Below, one piece after another: positions 48,154 through 57,759 of a DNA stretch of 63,502 nucleotides. Source of the DNA: an uncultured Treponemataceae bacterium (GTDB taxonomy: Bacteria; Spirochaetota; Spirochaetia; Treponematales; UBA12059); the NCBI GenBank assembly GCA_964630305.1, contig CAZVTR010000006.1, positions 1 through 63,502 of the forward strand, in the 5' to 3' direction. The position numbers and the translations under genes were made by a program. The number at the start of each line of letters is the position of its first letter. Within the stretch, counting starts at the first letter, position 1. The notes beneath the pieces were generated by a model, which was given only the letters and a program-made list of their open reading frames with translations, was not told the origin of the DNA and made no database searches.

Positions 48154-49211
48154 TGTCAGATGAGCAGCGAGCATATTCACGAGAACTAACATTAGCGCCG
48201 GCATCTGTTGTAGAAAATGGAAAATTGGCATTTGGATGCTACTCGGGCATAATAGGTGATACAGATATTACTGCAGCGAATATACACGGTCTTCCGCACT
48301 TTATAAAGCAGGCCCGCTGTAAAGCATGGAGAGCATTACAGCTTGGTACTGACCGATGGTTTGTTTTTATTGCTCTCTATGAGGCACGGCTTTTAGGAAT
48401 GGGCTTTGCGTATGTTTGGGATAAAGTTAATAAGAAACATTATGCAATCAAGCATTCCAGGCTGTTTTCGGGGTTTGGCATAACCGGAAACATGGACGGA
48501 GAAACAATCGGCTACACAGCTCATGATTCATGTCTGCATTGCCTCACTGATGTATATCATAATAGGATAACAATTACAGGGAGGGCACGGGCACAAAGGC
48601 ATAAGCCTGCAATAGCATTTTCTTTTTCGCTCAATCTGGGAGATAAGCATGCATCGCCGATGAGTGTAGTATTGCCATTTTACGCCAATCGTGGAATGTA
48701 TTCAATGAAGTGCCTGATGCCTGCTGACGGCTGGCTCTATGTTAATGGCGAGCGCTGCGAATTAAAGCCAGAAGAAACGCTTGCGGTATTTGATGACCAC
48801 AAGGGATTTTACCCGTATCAAATGCGTTATAATTGGGTAACAGGTTTTGGGTTTGACAGCAAAGGCCGGCGAATTGGCATCAATCTTACGGAAAATCAAG
48901 TTATCCAGCAAAATATTTATAACGAAAATATTCTTTGGATAAACAATAAAATTATACCACTGCCGCCAATAAAAATTACAAAACCTGATGGCGTTTATAA
49001 ACCCTGGCACATTCAGGATCTTGAGGGGCTTGTGGATCTCACATTTATTCCCGAGCGGGACAACAGGCTTGCAGTAGATGCACTCGTTGCAAAGCTCGAT
49101 TACCATGGACCATTTGGGACATTTAGCGGGACGCTCAAGACGCCTGATGGAGATAAAATCGATCCCGCCATATTGTATGGAATGGGTGAACAAAAGTATT
49201 TGCGCGTATGA
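48153..49211 (+). CDS. DUF2804 domain protein
   Basis: 'SPMSVVLPF', 'KCLMPADG', 'DDHKGFYPY', 'YNWVTGFG', 'INLTENQ', 'PFGTFSG' resemble DUF2804; translationally coupled. Confidence 0.7.
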   Translation: MSDEQRAYSRELTLAPASVVENGKLAFGCYSGIIGDTDITAANIHGLPHFIKQARCKAWRALQLGTDRWFVFIALYEARLLGMGFAYVWDKVNKKHYAIKHSRLFSGFGITGNMDGETIGYTAHDSCLHCLTDVYHNRITITGRARAQRHKPAIAFSFSLNLGDKHASPMSVVLPFYANRGMYSMKCLMPADGWLYVNGERCELKPEETLAVFDDHKGFYPYQMRYNWVTGFGFDSKGRRIGINLTENQVIQQNIYNENILWINNKIIPLPPIKITKPDGVYKPWHIQDLEGLVDLTFIPERDNRLAVDALVAKLDYHGPFGTFSGTLKTPDGDKIDPAILYGMGEQKYLRV

Positions 49212-50392
49212 GTGATTATCAAACAATCATTGCAGAATCAGTAAAAGCGCTTGTGAGCGCAACTCTCAGTAAAACGCAGGCAAAACAGGGTGCAATAAAA
49301 ATTAAACCTATCATGGTGAACGGTAAACCGATGTACCAGGCATCATGGATAGAAAACGCGCAGGCGTTTCATAAAAACTATTCATACGAGGCACTGCTCG
49401 ATTTCATTGCAGAAGTTTTTCCAGGGACATACAGGCAGTTTGTCATTAAAACAGCCAACTATTTTGTGCAATGCTTGGCTGATAAGCACGGTAAAGTGCA
49501 TGTTGTTAAGCACACAAACAAGACTAATAAGAGTGAAACTAAACCTGCACAAATAAATTTGCTCAGTACTCACCATAACCGCACGAAGCAGTATATCCTT
49601 CCGGAAGGTACAGCTGTACCATGGCTTGTCGATCTTGGCGTAATGGATAGGCAAGGTCATGTTATAAGAAAATACCATGATAAGTTCAGACAGATAAACC
49701 GATTTCTTGAGTTTATTGATGATATCTGGCCTGACCTTGTGCAGCATGACCCACTGCGGGTTGTTGATTTTGGGTGCGGTAAATCATATTTAACATTTGC
49801 GATGCATTACTACTTTACCGAGATTAAAAAAGCGCATGTTGATATGATTGGGCTTGACTTAAAGCAGGATGTCATGGCGAACTGCAATATGCTTGCTCAG
49901 CGTTATGGTTTTAATAATTTGCTTTTTAAGACTGGTGATATTGCTGGTTTTACAGAAGCAAAGCAAGCGGATTTAGTCGTTTGTCTCCACGCCTGTGACA
50001 CAGCAACCGACTACGCGCTTCAAAAAGCTGTTGCCTGGAATGCAAAAGCAATACTTGCGGTTCCCTGCTGCCAAAAAGAGCTCATTCATGCCCTCGAAGC
50101 AGAACCGCTTGCATCTATGATGAAACATGGGATTTTACGGGAACGGGTAGGTTCGCTTGTAACCGATACAATACGTGCACTTGCGCTTGAAGCTGTTGGG
50201 TATAAAGTAACTATTATGGAATTTATTGCCACAGAGCATACGCCTAAAAATATACTTATTAGAGCGCAAAAGCTGTCCGAGTTTTCTGAATCACAAAAAA
50301 AGGCTGCGCTTGAACGGCTCTATGCGTTTTTGAATTTTTGGCATGTACAGCCGCTCATTGTTAGTTTGTTACATGTTTCAGAGAAATTTTAA
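49208..50392 (+). CDS. SAM-dependent methyltransferase (Methyltransf_32-like)
   Basis: 'KFRQINRFLE', 'VDFGCGKSYLTF', 'LHACDTATD', 'VPCCQKEL', 'EHTPKN'. Confidence 0.85.
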   Translation: MSDYQTIIAESVKALVSATLSKTQAKQGAIKIKPIMVNGKPMYQASWIENAQAFHKNYSYEALLDFIAEVFPGTYRQFVIKTANYFVQCLADKHGKVHVVKHTNKTNKSETKPAQINLLSTHHNRTKQYILPEGTAVPWLVDLGVMDRQGHVIRKYHDKFRQINRFLEFIDDIWPDLVQHDPLRVVDFGCGKSYLTFAMHYYFTEIKKAHVDMIGLDLKQDVMANCNMLAQRYGFNNLLFKTGDIAGFTEAKQADLVVCLHACDTATDYALQKAVAWNAKAILAVPCCQKELIHALEAEPLASMMKHGILRERVGSLVTDTIRALALEAVGYKVTIMEFIATEHTPKNILIRAQKLSEFSESQKKAALERLYAFLNFWHVQPLIVSLLHVSEKF

Positions 50393-50435
50393 AGTTAAAA
50401 TATACTAACTGCCAGGCAGTCTGTATGAAAAGAGG

Positions 50436-51266
50436 CTATGGCGTGATGTTTAGTTTTTCCTCTAAAATTCTCTTTGTCCGCTCATCAATCGTGATGCTTT
50501 CGCCGTTCCAGAGTTTCCGTATCACAGCGGTCTCTTCACCCGAAAGCCGGATGCCTTTGAGTACATGGTTTTCAAAGCTGGCGCAGGTGAGTGGCGCTAC
50601 TTTTTTGGTAATTTCATAGATTACTTCGGCATATTCTCTAATTTCACGCTGTGCATGACGATCGAGCCGGAGCATGAGAAAGCGCAGGAGGTTGTGGAGA
50701 TCCATCTGCCAGTACCATTCGGTATAGGTTGAAAGCGGAAGATTGACTCTTGCAAGCTCTCGTGCCACTTCCATATCGAGCAGTTGTTCGTAGTGTTTAT
50801 ATGCTTGCCGCTGCTCCTCATCCATCATGCTGATAACATTTTGAGCAGTCTCGGGAGAAAATGGCTCATCGGTGCGCCCCTGTTTGTTATCTTTGCTCTG
50901 CTTGGCTACGGCATCGGGGGAAGGAAGCCAGAACTCATCCTTGAGCACAGAGTATCTCCCCGAGATTTCGTTGAGCCGGGCAGTGCGGTGGCGAATCCAC
51001 TGGCGTGCGACAAAAATTGGCAGTTTAATATGAAATGTGAGCACTACCTGCTCAAAAGGGCTCGTGTGTTCATTCCTGAGGAGGTAATCAATGAGCGCTG
51101 TATCTTCCCGAACTGTTTTTGTCCCTTTCCCATACGAAACGCGCGCTGCCTGAACAATGCGTTCATCGCCCCCAAGATAATCGACAAGGCGGACAAAGCC
51201 GTGATTGTGCACTGGAAATTCTTTATCGAGAATAGCTTCAGCTTCGGGAACAATGCAGTGTGCCAT
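50436..51266 (-). CDS. thyX: FAD-dependent thymidylate synthase
   Basis: 'AARVSY', 'HTSPFEQ', ThyX motif RHRX7S 'RHRTARLNEISGRY', 'ARVNLPLS', 'HAQREIR'. Confidence 0.95.
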   Translation of the reverse strand: MAHCIVPEAEAILDKEFPVHNHGFVRLVDYLGGDERIVQAARVSYGKGTKTVREDTALIDYLLRNEHTSPFEQVVLTFHIKLPIFVARQWIRHRTARLNEISGRYSVLKDEFWLPSPDAVAKQSKDNKQGRTDEPFSPETAQNVISMMDEEQRQAYKHYEQLLDMEVARELARVNLPLSTYTEWYWQMDLHNLLRFLMLRLDRHAQREIREYAEVIYEITKKVAPLTCASFENHVLKGIRLSGEETAVIRKLWNGESITIDERTKRILEEKLNITP

Positions 51267-51287
51267 ATGTGTTACCCCTTTGAAAAA

Positions 51288-52331
51288 TTATAAGGTCGCT
51301 TCCAGAATTCGTATCCAGTTTTTATAGGCTATTTTTTCGATTTCTTCAAGGGTAAAGCCATGAGCTCTGAACTCGTCGATGAGGCGCGGCAATCCGCTAA
51401 CATCGCCCAGATCAGCGGGAATGGGCGCGCCGTCAAAATCTGAACCGAATGCTACATGATCAACCCCGATGCGGTCTGCAATGTATGCTGCGTGCTGAAC
51501 GATGAGGCTGAGCGGTGTGTCGGTATTGATTGCGCAATCCTCTCGCAAAAAGTGAACAGCAAAGTTAATTCCAATTAAGCCGTTTGATTCTCCGATAGCC
51601 TGTATTTGCCGGTCTGTGAGGTTGCGCTTTGACGGTGAGAGTGCATGCGCGCAGGAGTGCGTCGCAACAAGCGGTTTTGTGGAGAGTGCAGCGATGTCCC
51701 AGAAACCTTTTTCATTGATATGCGAGCAGTCAATGAGTATGCCCATGCGGTTGCAGGCTCTCACCAGTTCGCGGCCAGCTTCGGTTAAGCCGGGGCCGGT
51801 ATCGGGATTCCCCGGTCCGCCTGATGTGACCCCGTGACCAAACACATTCGCTCTGCTCCATACAGGACCGATGGACCGGACACCGAGGTTGTAAAAAAAA
51901 TCGAGGTTTGAAAGATCGCCGGCTATGGCTTCAGCTCCTTCTATGTGGAGCAGCATGGCAATTGTATTGTTGGTGCATGTTTGTTTGAGTTCGCTCGCAG
52001 AATGGATAATCGTTAAGCTGTTATTGGATTCCTGTGCAAGCTCTAGGAGCATGTGAATTTTATTTGTTGTTTGTTCGTATGCATAATCTGGATCGAGCGG
52101 GTTATAATTAAGTATCCGTTTCTCTTCATCGGATAATTCTTGCTGAGGCAAAGGCTGGGGAATAAACACTGCAAAAAACCCGCCTAGAAAATTACCCTCG
52201 CGCATGCGCGGAACATCAAGATGACCCTTTGTCTGCCGTTCAAATAAGAGGTGTTTGTTAGCTTCAATATTGTCAGAGAGATGTTCTGAAAAATCGTTGT
52301 GTCCGTCAAAAACCCGGATGTTGTTTTGCAT
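51288..52331 (-). CDS. Membrane dipeptidase family (M19)
   Basis: 'FDGHND', 'LHIEGAE', 'GPVWSR', 'IDCSH', 'ATHSCA', 'RNLTD', 'FGSDFDG'. Confidence 0.9.
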   Translation of the reverse strand: MQNNIRVFDGHNDFSEHLSDNIEANKHLLFERQTKGHLDVPRMREGNFLGGFFAVFIPQPLPQQELSDEEKRILNYNPLDPDYAYEQTTNKIHMLLELAQESNNSLTIIHSASELKQTCTNNTIAMLLHIEGAEAIAGDLSNLDFFYNLGVRSIGPVWSRANVFGHGVTSGGPGNPDTGPGLTEAGRELVRACNRMGILIDCSHINEKGFWDIAALSTKPLVATHSCAHALSPSKRNLTDRQIQAIGESNGLIGINFAVHFLREDCAINTDTPLSLIVQHAAYIADRIGVDHVAFGSDFDGAPIPADLGDVSGLPRLIDEFRAHGFTLEEIEKIAYKNWIRILEATL

Positions 52332-52357
52332 GATGGTGTCCTTTCGGTGCGGCTGTA

Positions 52358-53257
52358 CTACTTGTATAGAAAAGCAATTTCTCCCTCGAACGGAATAATA
52401 GTATTTTTTTTGTTTTCAGAACCATGAAAATCACAGCCGAATGTCGTAACGAAATTAAATGGCTCGGCAAGCTTGTGAATGAGCTCATTGAGCTTTTGCT
52501 GCTCGTGGTTCCGGTACGCATACCATTCGAGCCCCTCTATGCCTGCGGATTGAAAGTAGGCAAGCATTTCCCGGGCTCGTGAGTACTCTTTTGTTAAAAC
52601 TTCTGTATCATCATCAAACTCATGGCCAAAATGTGGGAGCACAACAATACCATTGTCTGCTTTTGCCGCTGCAATTACTTCTTTAATGTGCGGTTTTAGT
52701 GGCTCCCGAGCATTTTTAAATACTGGAGCGGTATACCGCTTTTTAAATTCTTTGTAAGTTGTTTTTTTATCAATAACTGTGCATTCAATAAAAAAAGCAT
52801 ATAGCTCAGGACTGGTTATGCGAATGGTATTGAACAGCAGCTCTTTTGCTTCCGGAGCAAGCGGTAAACGTAATAATTTTTTAACAAAGAAATCTTTGAG
52901 CGATAAGCTGGGTTTGATATGCCTTGAGTGCTCAATGACTGTCTGGACTGCTAAAAGCCTTCTGCTCCTGTATGTGTTTGTCAGAGATTCCGTATGGCTG
53001 TAGTTTCCTTCCGGGAAATAGCATAAAATTTCGCTGTCATAGCCAATTTCGGGTGCAATACAGTCAATTTCTATTGCTGGTATCGATGCAATACCGTTGC
53101 TTTTTGCGGCTTCTAAAAAAAATGGCGTTCCGCCAAATGTATCGTGGTCGGTGAGACATGCAAAGTTCACGTTGTGCTGTACAAGCGAATCCACTAGCTC
53201 CTGCGGTGTGAGAGTGCCGTCGGAAAATACGCTATGCAAATGCATGTCAATGAGCAT
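52358..53257 (-). CDS. PHP-domain phosphoesterase (TrpH/YciV-like)
   Basis: 'DMHLHSVFSDG', 'LTDHD', 'IEID', 'PH', 'GCDFHG'; start moved to ATG 53257. Confidence 0.82.
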   Translation of the reverse strand: MLIDMHLHSVFSDGTLTPQELVDSLVQHNVNFACLTDHDTFGGTPFFLEAAKSNGIASIPAIEIDCIAPEIGYDSEILCYFPEGNYSHTESLTNTYRSRRLLAVQTVIEHSRHIKPSLSLKDFFVKKLLRLPLAPEAKELLFNTIRITSPELYAFFIECTVIDKKTTYKEFKKRYTAPVFKNAREPLKPHIKEVIAAAKADNGIVVLPHFGHEFDDDTEVLTKEYSRAREMLAYFQSAGIEGLEWYAYRNHEQQKLNELIHKLAEPFNFVTTFGCDFHGSENKKNTIIPFEGEIAFLYK

Positions 53258-53534
53258 AGCACCAGCATAAACTATTTTTTTAGGGCTGACAAGGAAAAAG
53301 GGAGGGGAGAAATGGCGGGAAATAATTACAGGGACAGACACCATAAACAGTTTGCTTGTATGCTGACTGGATATGCATTGAAAGCAATAGCATCTACCTT
53401 CCCCTCTCCTCTGTTGACAAAAACAGTCAAACTGTCATAAATTCCTTATTAGCCATAAAACATGAATCTTATTGTATAATTGTGAGCGTGCTGAACTATC
53501 GTACAGTACGATTGCTGCGCAAGGAGGAGATGAG

Positions 53535-54455
53535 ATGAAAACGTGCATAGTGTTTCCTGGGCAGGGTGCTCAGGCTATTGGCATGGGAAAAGATTTATTC
53601 GATGCGTATAAACAAGTGCGGGAGCTGTTTGAGCATGCTTCTGATATCACAAAAATGAAACTGGCCGATCTTATTTTTTCAGGGACAGAAGATGAGTTAA
53701 AGCAGACCCAGAATACGCAGGTAGCGCTGGCACTGGTTGATTATTCAGCGGCTGTTGTGCTCCACGATATGGGTTTTACCTGTGAGGGCACTGCCGGTTT
53801 TAGTTTGGGTGAGTGGCCGGCGCTCGTGGAAGCAGGGGTGCTTTCTTTTGAAACAATGATGAAGCTTGTGGCAGAGCGCGGAAGGCTCATGGATGAAGCA
53901 GGCAAACGCTCAGGCGGTTCAACGATGAGCGCAGTGCTTTCTCTCGAACCGGAAAAAATAGAGGCTGCTCTCAAGCAGGCTGGTATTAACGATGTATGGG
54001 TTGCAAACTATAATGCGCCAAACCAGTCAGTAATCTCAGGAACAGAAGCAGGTATTACCAAAGCGGAAGAAGTCATAAAAAATGCTGGCGCGCGCAGAGT
54101 TGTTCGCCTTAAGGTTTCTGGTGCGTTCCACTCACCTATCATGCAGTATGCGTACGATGGCTTTAAAGAAATTCTCCAGGACGTTGTATTCAAAGATCCT
54201 GCTATCGCATTTTATTCCAATGTGACCGGCGGCAAGGTAACCTCCAGCGCAGAGCTAAAGAAGCTAGCGGCTGACCAGATAATCAGTCCTGTGCGGTGGA
54301 CACAGGAGGAAGCCGCAATTGTGAATGATGGCTACGGCCGCATATTGGAAGCTGGACCAGGCACCGTGCTGTGCGGCTTGTGGAAATCTTTCAACACAGA
54401 AATTCCCGCGTATCCATGTGGTACCTTGGAGCTGATACAAAAAGTTCCACAGTAA
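53535..54455 (+). CDS. fabD: Malonyl CoA-ACP transacylase
   Basis: 'FPGQGAQ', 'TQNTQVA', 'AGFSLGE' (GxSxG), 'ANYNAPNQ', 'VSGAFHS', 'EAGPG'; ATG 53535 follows AAGGAGG. Confidence 0.94.
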   Translation: MKTCIVFPGQGAQAIGMGKDLFDAYKQVRELFEHASDITKMKLADLIFSGTEDELKQTQNTQVALALVDYSAAVVLHDMGFTCEGTAGFSLGEWPALVEAGVLSFETMMKLVAERGRLMDEAGKRSGGSTMSAVLSLEPEKIEAALKQAGINDVWVANYNAPNQSVISGTEAGITKAEEVIKNAGARRVVRLKVSGAFHSPIMQYAYDGFKEILQDVVFKDPAIAFYSNVTGGKVTSSAELKKLAADQIISPVRWTQEEAAIVNDGYGRILEAGPGTVLCGLWKSFNTEIPAYPCGTLELIQKVPQ

Positions 54456-54553
54456 TGCTATAGTGACGTACACTGATTGGTTTGTAATCAGCGCAACCAG
54501 TATGTCTGTGAAATTGAATGCTAAATGATAAGAGCCAGGAGAGGAGCAACGGT

Positions 54554-55297
54554 ATGGAATTGTTAAAAGGAAAAAACTGCTTAGTTACAGGCGGATCAAA
54601 AGGTATCGGCAGAGCCATTGTTAAAAAGTTTTTAGAAGAAGGTGCAAATGTTTATTATGTTTCACGTTCGGAAGCAGATAATGCAGAAGAGCTTGCTGCA
54701 ATTGCTCAAACCAATGCATGTAAACTCAAATGGATTTCCTGCAGTGTAACCGATGAAAAAGCGCTGGAATCCGCAATTGATGCAATAGCCAATGAAGGCT
54801 CGATTGATGTTGTGGTTAACAATGCCGGAATTACCAAAGACGGCCTCGTGTTTAGAATGAGTACCGAAGATTGGGAACAGGTGCTGCTCACTAATCTTAC
54901 TAGCGCATTTTTCGTGTGCCGCACCGCAGCGCGCCACATGATCAAGAAGCGCGCAGGCAGCATCATCAATGTGTCGAGTGTTGTTGGTATAACAGGAAAC
55001 GGCGGCCAAACCAACTATGCTGCATCAAAAGCCGGCCTCATCGGGTTTTCAAAGAGTTTAGCGAAAGAGGTTGCGAGCAGGGGTGTGCGCGTCAATGTGG
55101 TAGCTCCTGGCTTTATCGATACTGCCATGACAGAGAAAATTCCTGAAGAAGCAAAAGAAAAGCTTAAATCAGCAATTCCGCTCGGCAGAACCGGCAAGCC
55201 CGAAGAAATAGCATCAGCAGTGCTGTTTCTTGCATCCGATATGGCTTCTTACATTACCGGTGAAGTCTTAAAAATTGATGGCGGAATGGCAATGTAG
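54554..55297 (+). CDS. fabG: 3-oxoacyl-ACP reductase
   Basis: 'TGGSKGIG', 'NNAGITKD', 'NVSSVVG', 'GQTNYAASKAG', 'NVVAPGFIDT'. Confidence 0.94.
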   Translation: MELLKGKNCLVTGGSKGIGRAIVKKFLEEGANVYYVSRSEADNAEELAAIAQTNACKLKWISCSVTDEKALESAIDAIANEGSIDVVVNNAGITKDGLVFRMSTEDWEQVLLTNLTSAFFVCRTAARHMIKKRAGSIINVSSVVGITGNGGQTNYAASKAGLIGFSKSLAKEVASRGVRVNVVAPGFIDTAMTEKIPEEAKEKLKSAIPLGRTGKPEEIASAVLFLASDMASYITGEVLKIDGGMAM

Positions 55298-55322
55298 TAT
55301 ACTATGACCACATGAGGTGGTC

Positions 55323-57467
55323 ATGAATCCAACTATACGCGTACTGCCAGGTTCTCCTGCACCGTTTGGTGCAACGCTTGTGCCTGGCGGTATCAATTTT
55401 GCACTGTTTTCACGACATGCAACCAGTATCACACTTGAGCTCTATGCAAACCCTTCAGACAGCACAGCATTTTTTGAATATAAGTTTGATCCTGTCATAA
55501 ACCGCACGGGGGATGTGTGGCATGCAGAGCTCCAGGGCATTGGTGCGGGGACACTCTATGGGTATAGAGTCGACGGTCCCTATATCCCGCAAGAAGGGCT
55601 CCGGTTTAATAAGCACAAACTGCTCCTTGACCCATATGCCAAAGCGCTCACGGGTGATTTTATCTGGGATCTCACAGAGTCCTGCGGCTATGATATTGCG
55701 AGTGAAGAAAAAGACCTTTCGTTTTCGCAAGTTGATAATGCCGGCTTTATGCCAAAGTGCATTGTTATCGATGACACCGCGTTTGACTGGCAGGGGGACA
55801 GACCCCTCAATTTGCCGCTCCGGCATGCCGTAATCTATGAGCTGCACGTTCGCGGTGCCACGCGTCATGGAAGTTCAGGGGTTTCGGCACCTGGCACCTA
55901 TCAGGGAATTATAGAAAAAATTCCGTATTTTAAGGATCTTGGGATAACCAGCCTGGAACTGCTTCCCGTTCAGGAATTTGATTTTTACGAAAACCAGCGC
56001 AAAAATCCTTTTACCGGAGAACAGCTCAAGCAGTACTGGGGGTATAGCACGCTCGCATTCTTTGCGCCAAAAGGAATCTATGCGGCAAGCGGAACCTGCG
56101 GAGAACAGGTGACTGAGTTTAAAACCATGGTGCGCGAGCTCCACAAAGCAGGCATCGAAGTCATCCTCGATGTGGTATTCAATCATACTGCAGAAGGCAA
56201 TGAGCTCGGGCCTACCGTGTCGTTCCGCGGTTTTGATAATCCTATCTGGTACATGCTCGATGAGAACCCGCGATACTACAAGAATTTTTCCGGCTGCGGC
56301 AATACGCTCAACTGCAATAATCCGATTGTGAGGAATTTTATTATCGATTGTCTCCACTACTGGGTTGTGCAGATGCATGTCGATGGATTCAGGTTCGATC
56401 TTGCATCGATACTGGGGCGCGATCAAAAGGGAAAGATGCTCGAAAATCCGCCCATGATTGAGATGATAGCAGAAGATCCTATCCTGCGAAACACAAAGCT
56501 CATTGCAGAAGCGTGGGATGCAGGCGGAGCATATCAGGTCGGTGCGTTTCCCGGCGGCCGCTGGGCAGAGTGGAATGATCGGTTTAGAGATGATGTGCGG
56601 CGATACTGGCGCGGCGATAGCGGTTTTACCGGTGCATTTGCAACTCGAATTACTGGCTCAAGCGATTTGTACCTGCGAGATGGCAGAAAACCCTTTCATT
56701 CAATCAATTATGTATGCTGTCATGACGGTTTTACGCTAATGGATCTTGTTTCGTATAACGGCAAGCATAATGACGAAAATGGCGAGAATAATTTTGACGG
56801 GCATCCGAGCAACTTTAGCTATAACTATGGTTTTGAAGGCCCCGCTAATGATCCAAAGATTCTCGACGTGCGCAGGAGGCAAATTAAAAACTTTTTAACT
56901 ACTCTCTTTTTGTCTCTCGGAACGCCAATGCTCCTCGCTGGAGATGAGTTTGGCAGAACGCAGCAGGGTAACAATAATGCCTGGTGTCAGGACAATGAAA
57001 TTTCCTGGATTAATTGGGACTTGCTCACAGCGAATGCGGATCTGTTTAGTTTTGTAAAAAAACTCATAGCATTCAGAAAACGGCATCCGGCGTTTCATCG
57101 GCCTGAATTTTATACTGGCAAGCAAGGACGCCATAACAAAATGCCTGATATTACCTGGTTTAGTCCCGATGGCGGTGAACCGGACTGGAAGAGCGACAGC
57201 AAGTGTCTTGCGATGCGCATCGATGGGACTAAAGCTGATATTCTCCTTGATAAAGATGATAATGATTTTTTCATCATCTGGAATCCGGAACAGCAATCGG
57301 TGCCTGTCCAGCTTTCAGCGCTGCCTGATGGCAAGCAGTGGTATCGAATAATCGATACGAGCAGGTCCGAAACTGATGCCTTTTATGAAGAGCAGACGGC
57401 TCAGTATGTACCGCACTGTCCGTACATTGCAGGTGCTAATTCTGTTGTGGTGCTGCTTTCCCGATAA
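55323..57467 (+). CDS. glgX: Glycogen debranching enzyme GlgX (GH13_11)
   Basis: 'LLLDPYAK', 'IYELHVRG', 'YWGYST', 'DVVFNHTAEG', 'DGFRFDLAS', 'IAEAWD', 'CHDGFTL', 'QQGNNNAWCQDN'. Confidence 0.95.
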   Translation: MNPTIRVLPGSPAPFGATLVPGGINFALFSRHATSITLELYANPSDSTAFFEYKFDPVINRTGDVWHAELQGIGAGTLYGYRVDGPYIPQEGLRFNKHKLLLDPYAKALTGDFIWDLTESCGYDIASEEKDLSFSQVDNAGFMPKCIVIDDTAFDWQGDRPLNLPLRHAVIYELHVRGATRHGSSGVSAPGTYQGIIEKIPYFKDLGITSLELLPVQEFDFYENQRKNPFTGEQLKQYWGYSTLAFFAPKGIYAASGTCGEQVTEFKTMVRELHKAGIEVILDVVFNHTAEGNELGPTVSFRGFDNPIWYMLDENPRYYKNFSGCGNTLNCNNPIVRNFIIDCLHYWVVQMHVDGFRFDLASILGRDQKGKMLENPPMIEMIAEDPILRNTKLIAEAWDAGGAYQVGAFPGGRWAEWNDRFRDDVRRYWRGDSGFTGAFATRITGSSDLYLRDGRKPFHSINYVCCHDGFTLMDLVSYNGKHNDENGENNFDGHPSNFSYNYGFEGPANDPKILDVRRRQIKNFLTTLFLSLGTPMLLAGDEFGRTQQGNNNAWCQDNEISWINWDLLTANADLFSFVKKLIAFRKRHPAFHRPEFYTGKQGRHNKMPDITWFSPDGGEPDWKSDSKCLAMRIDGTKADILLDKDDNDFFIIWNPEQQSVPVQLSALPDGKQWYRIIDTSRSETDAFYEEQTAQYVPHCPYIAGANSVVVLLSR

Positions 57468-57717
57468 AATGGGTTGAAATGATACACTCACTCACTCAAC
57501 CGATACTTGTTGTTTCATTTTAATACAGTAAACAGTTGTTTGTACTCTGTGTGTAGAATTGTAACACAATTAAAGTTATCCGCAGCGCTTTACACATGCG
57601 ATTTGATGCAGTCGTGCCCGCAAAATAGCGCGGGACTGCCAGCTTTTGTGTTGTTAAGTGTTTGTGTTGTAATAAAATAGCTGCTAGGTCTGATTTTTGG
57701 CAAACTAATATCTGAAT

Positions 57718-57733
57718 TGGCACGAAACTTGCT
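57718..57733 (+). promoter_or_regulatory. Sigma-54 (-24/-12) promoter
   Basis: TGGCAC-GAAAC-TTGCT, an exact match to TGGCAC-N5-TTGCW, ending 26 nt before the sigma-factor ATG. Confidence 0.85.
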
Positions 57734-57759
57734 TGATTAGTATCAGTTCAGGAGGAACC

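Noticed and set aside
50408-50420. Palindrome ACTGCCAGGCAGT between convergent genes
   Set aside because: A 1-nt loop and no T tract; not a convincing terminator.
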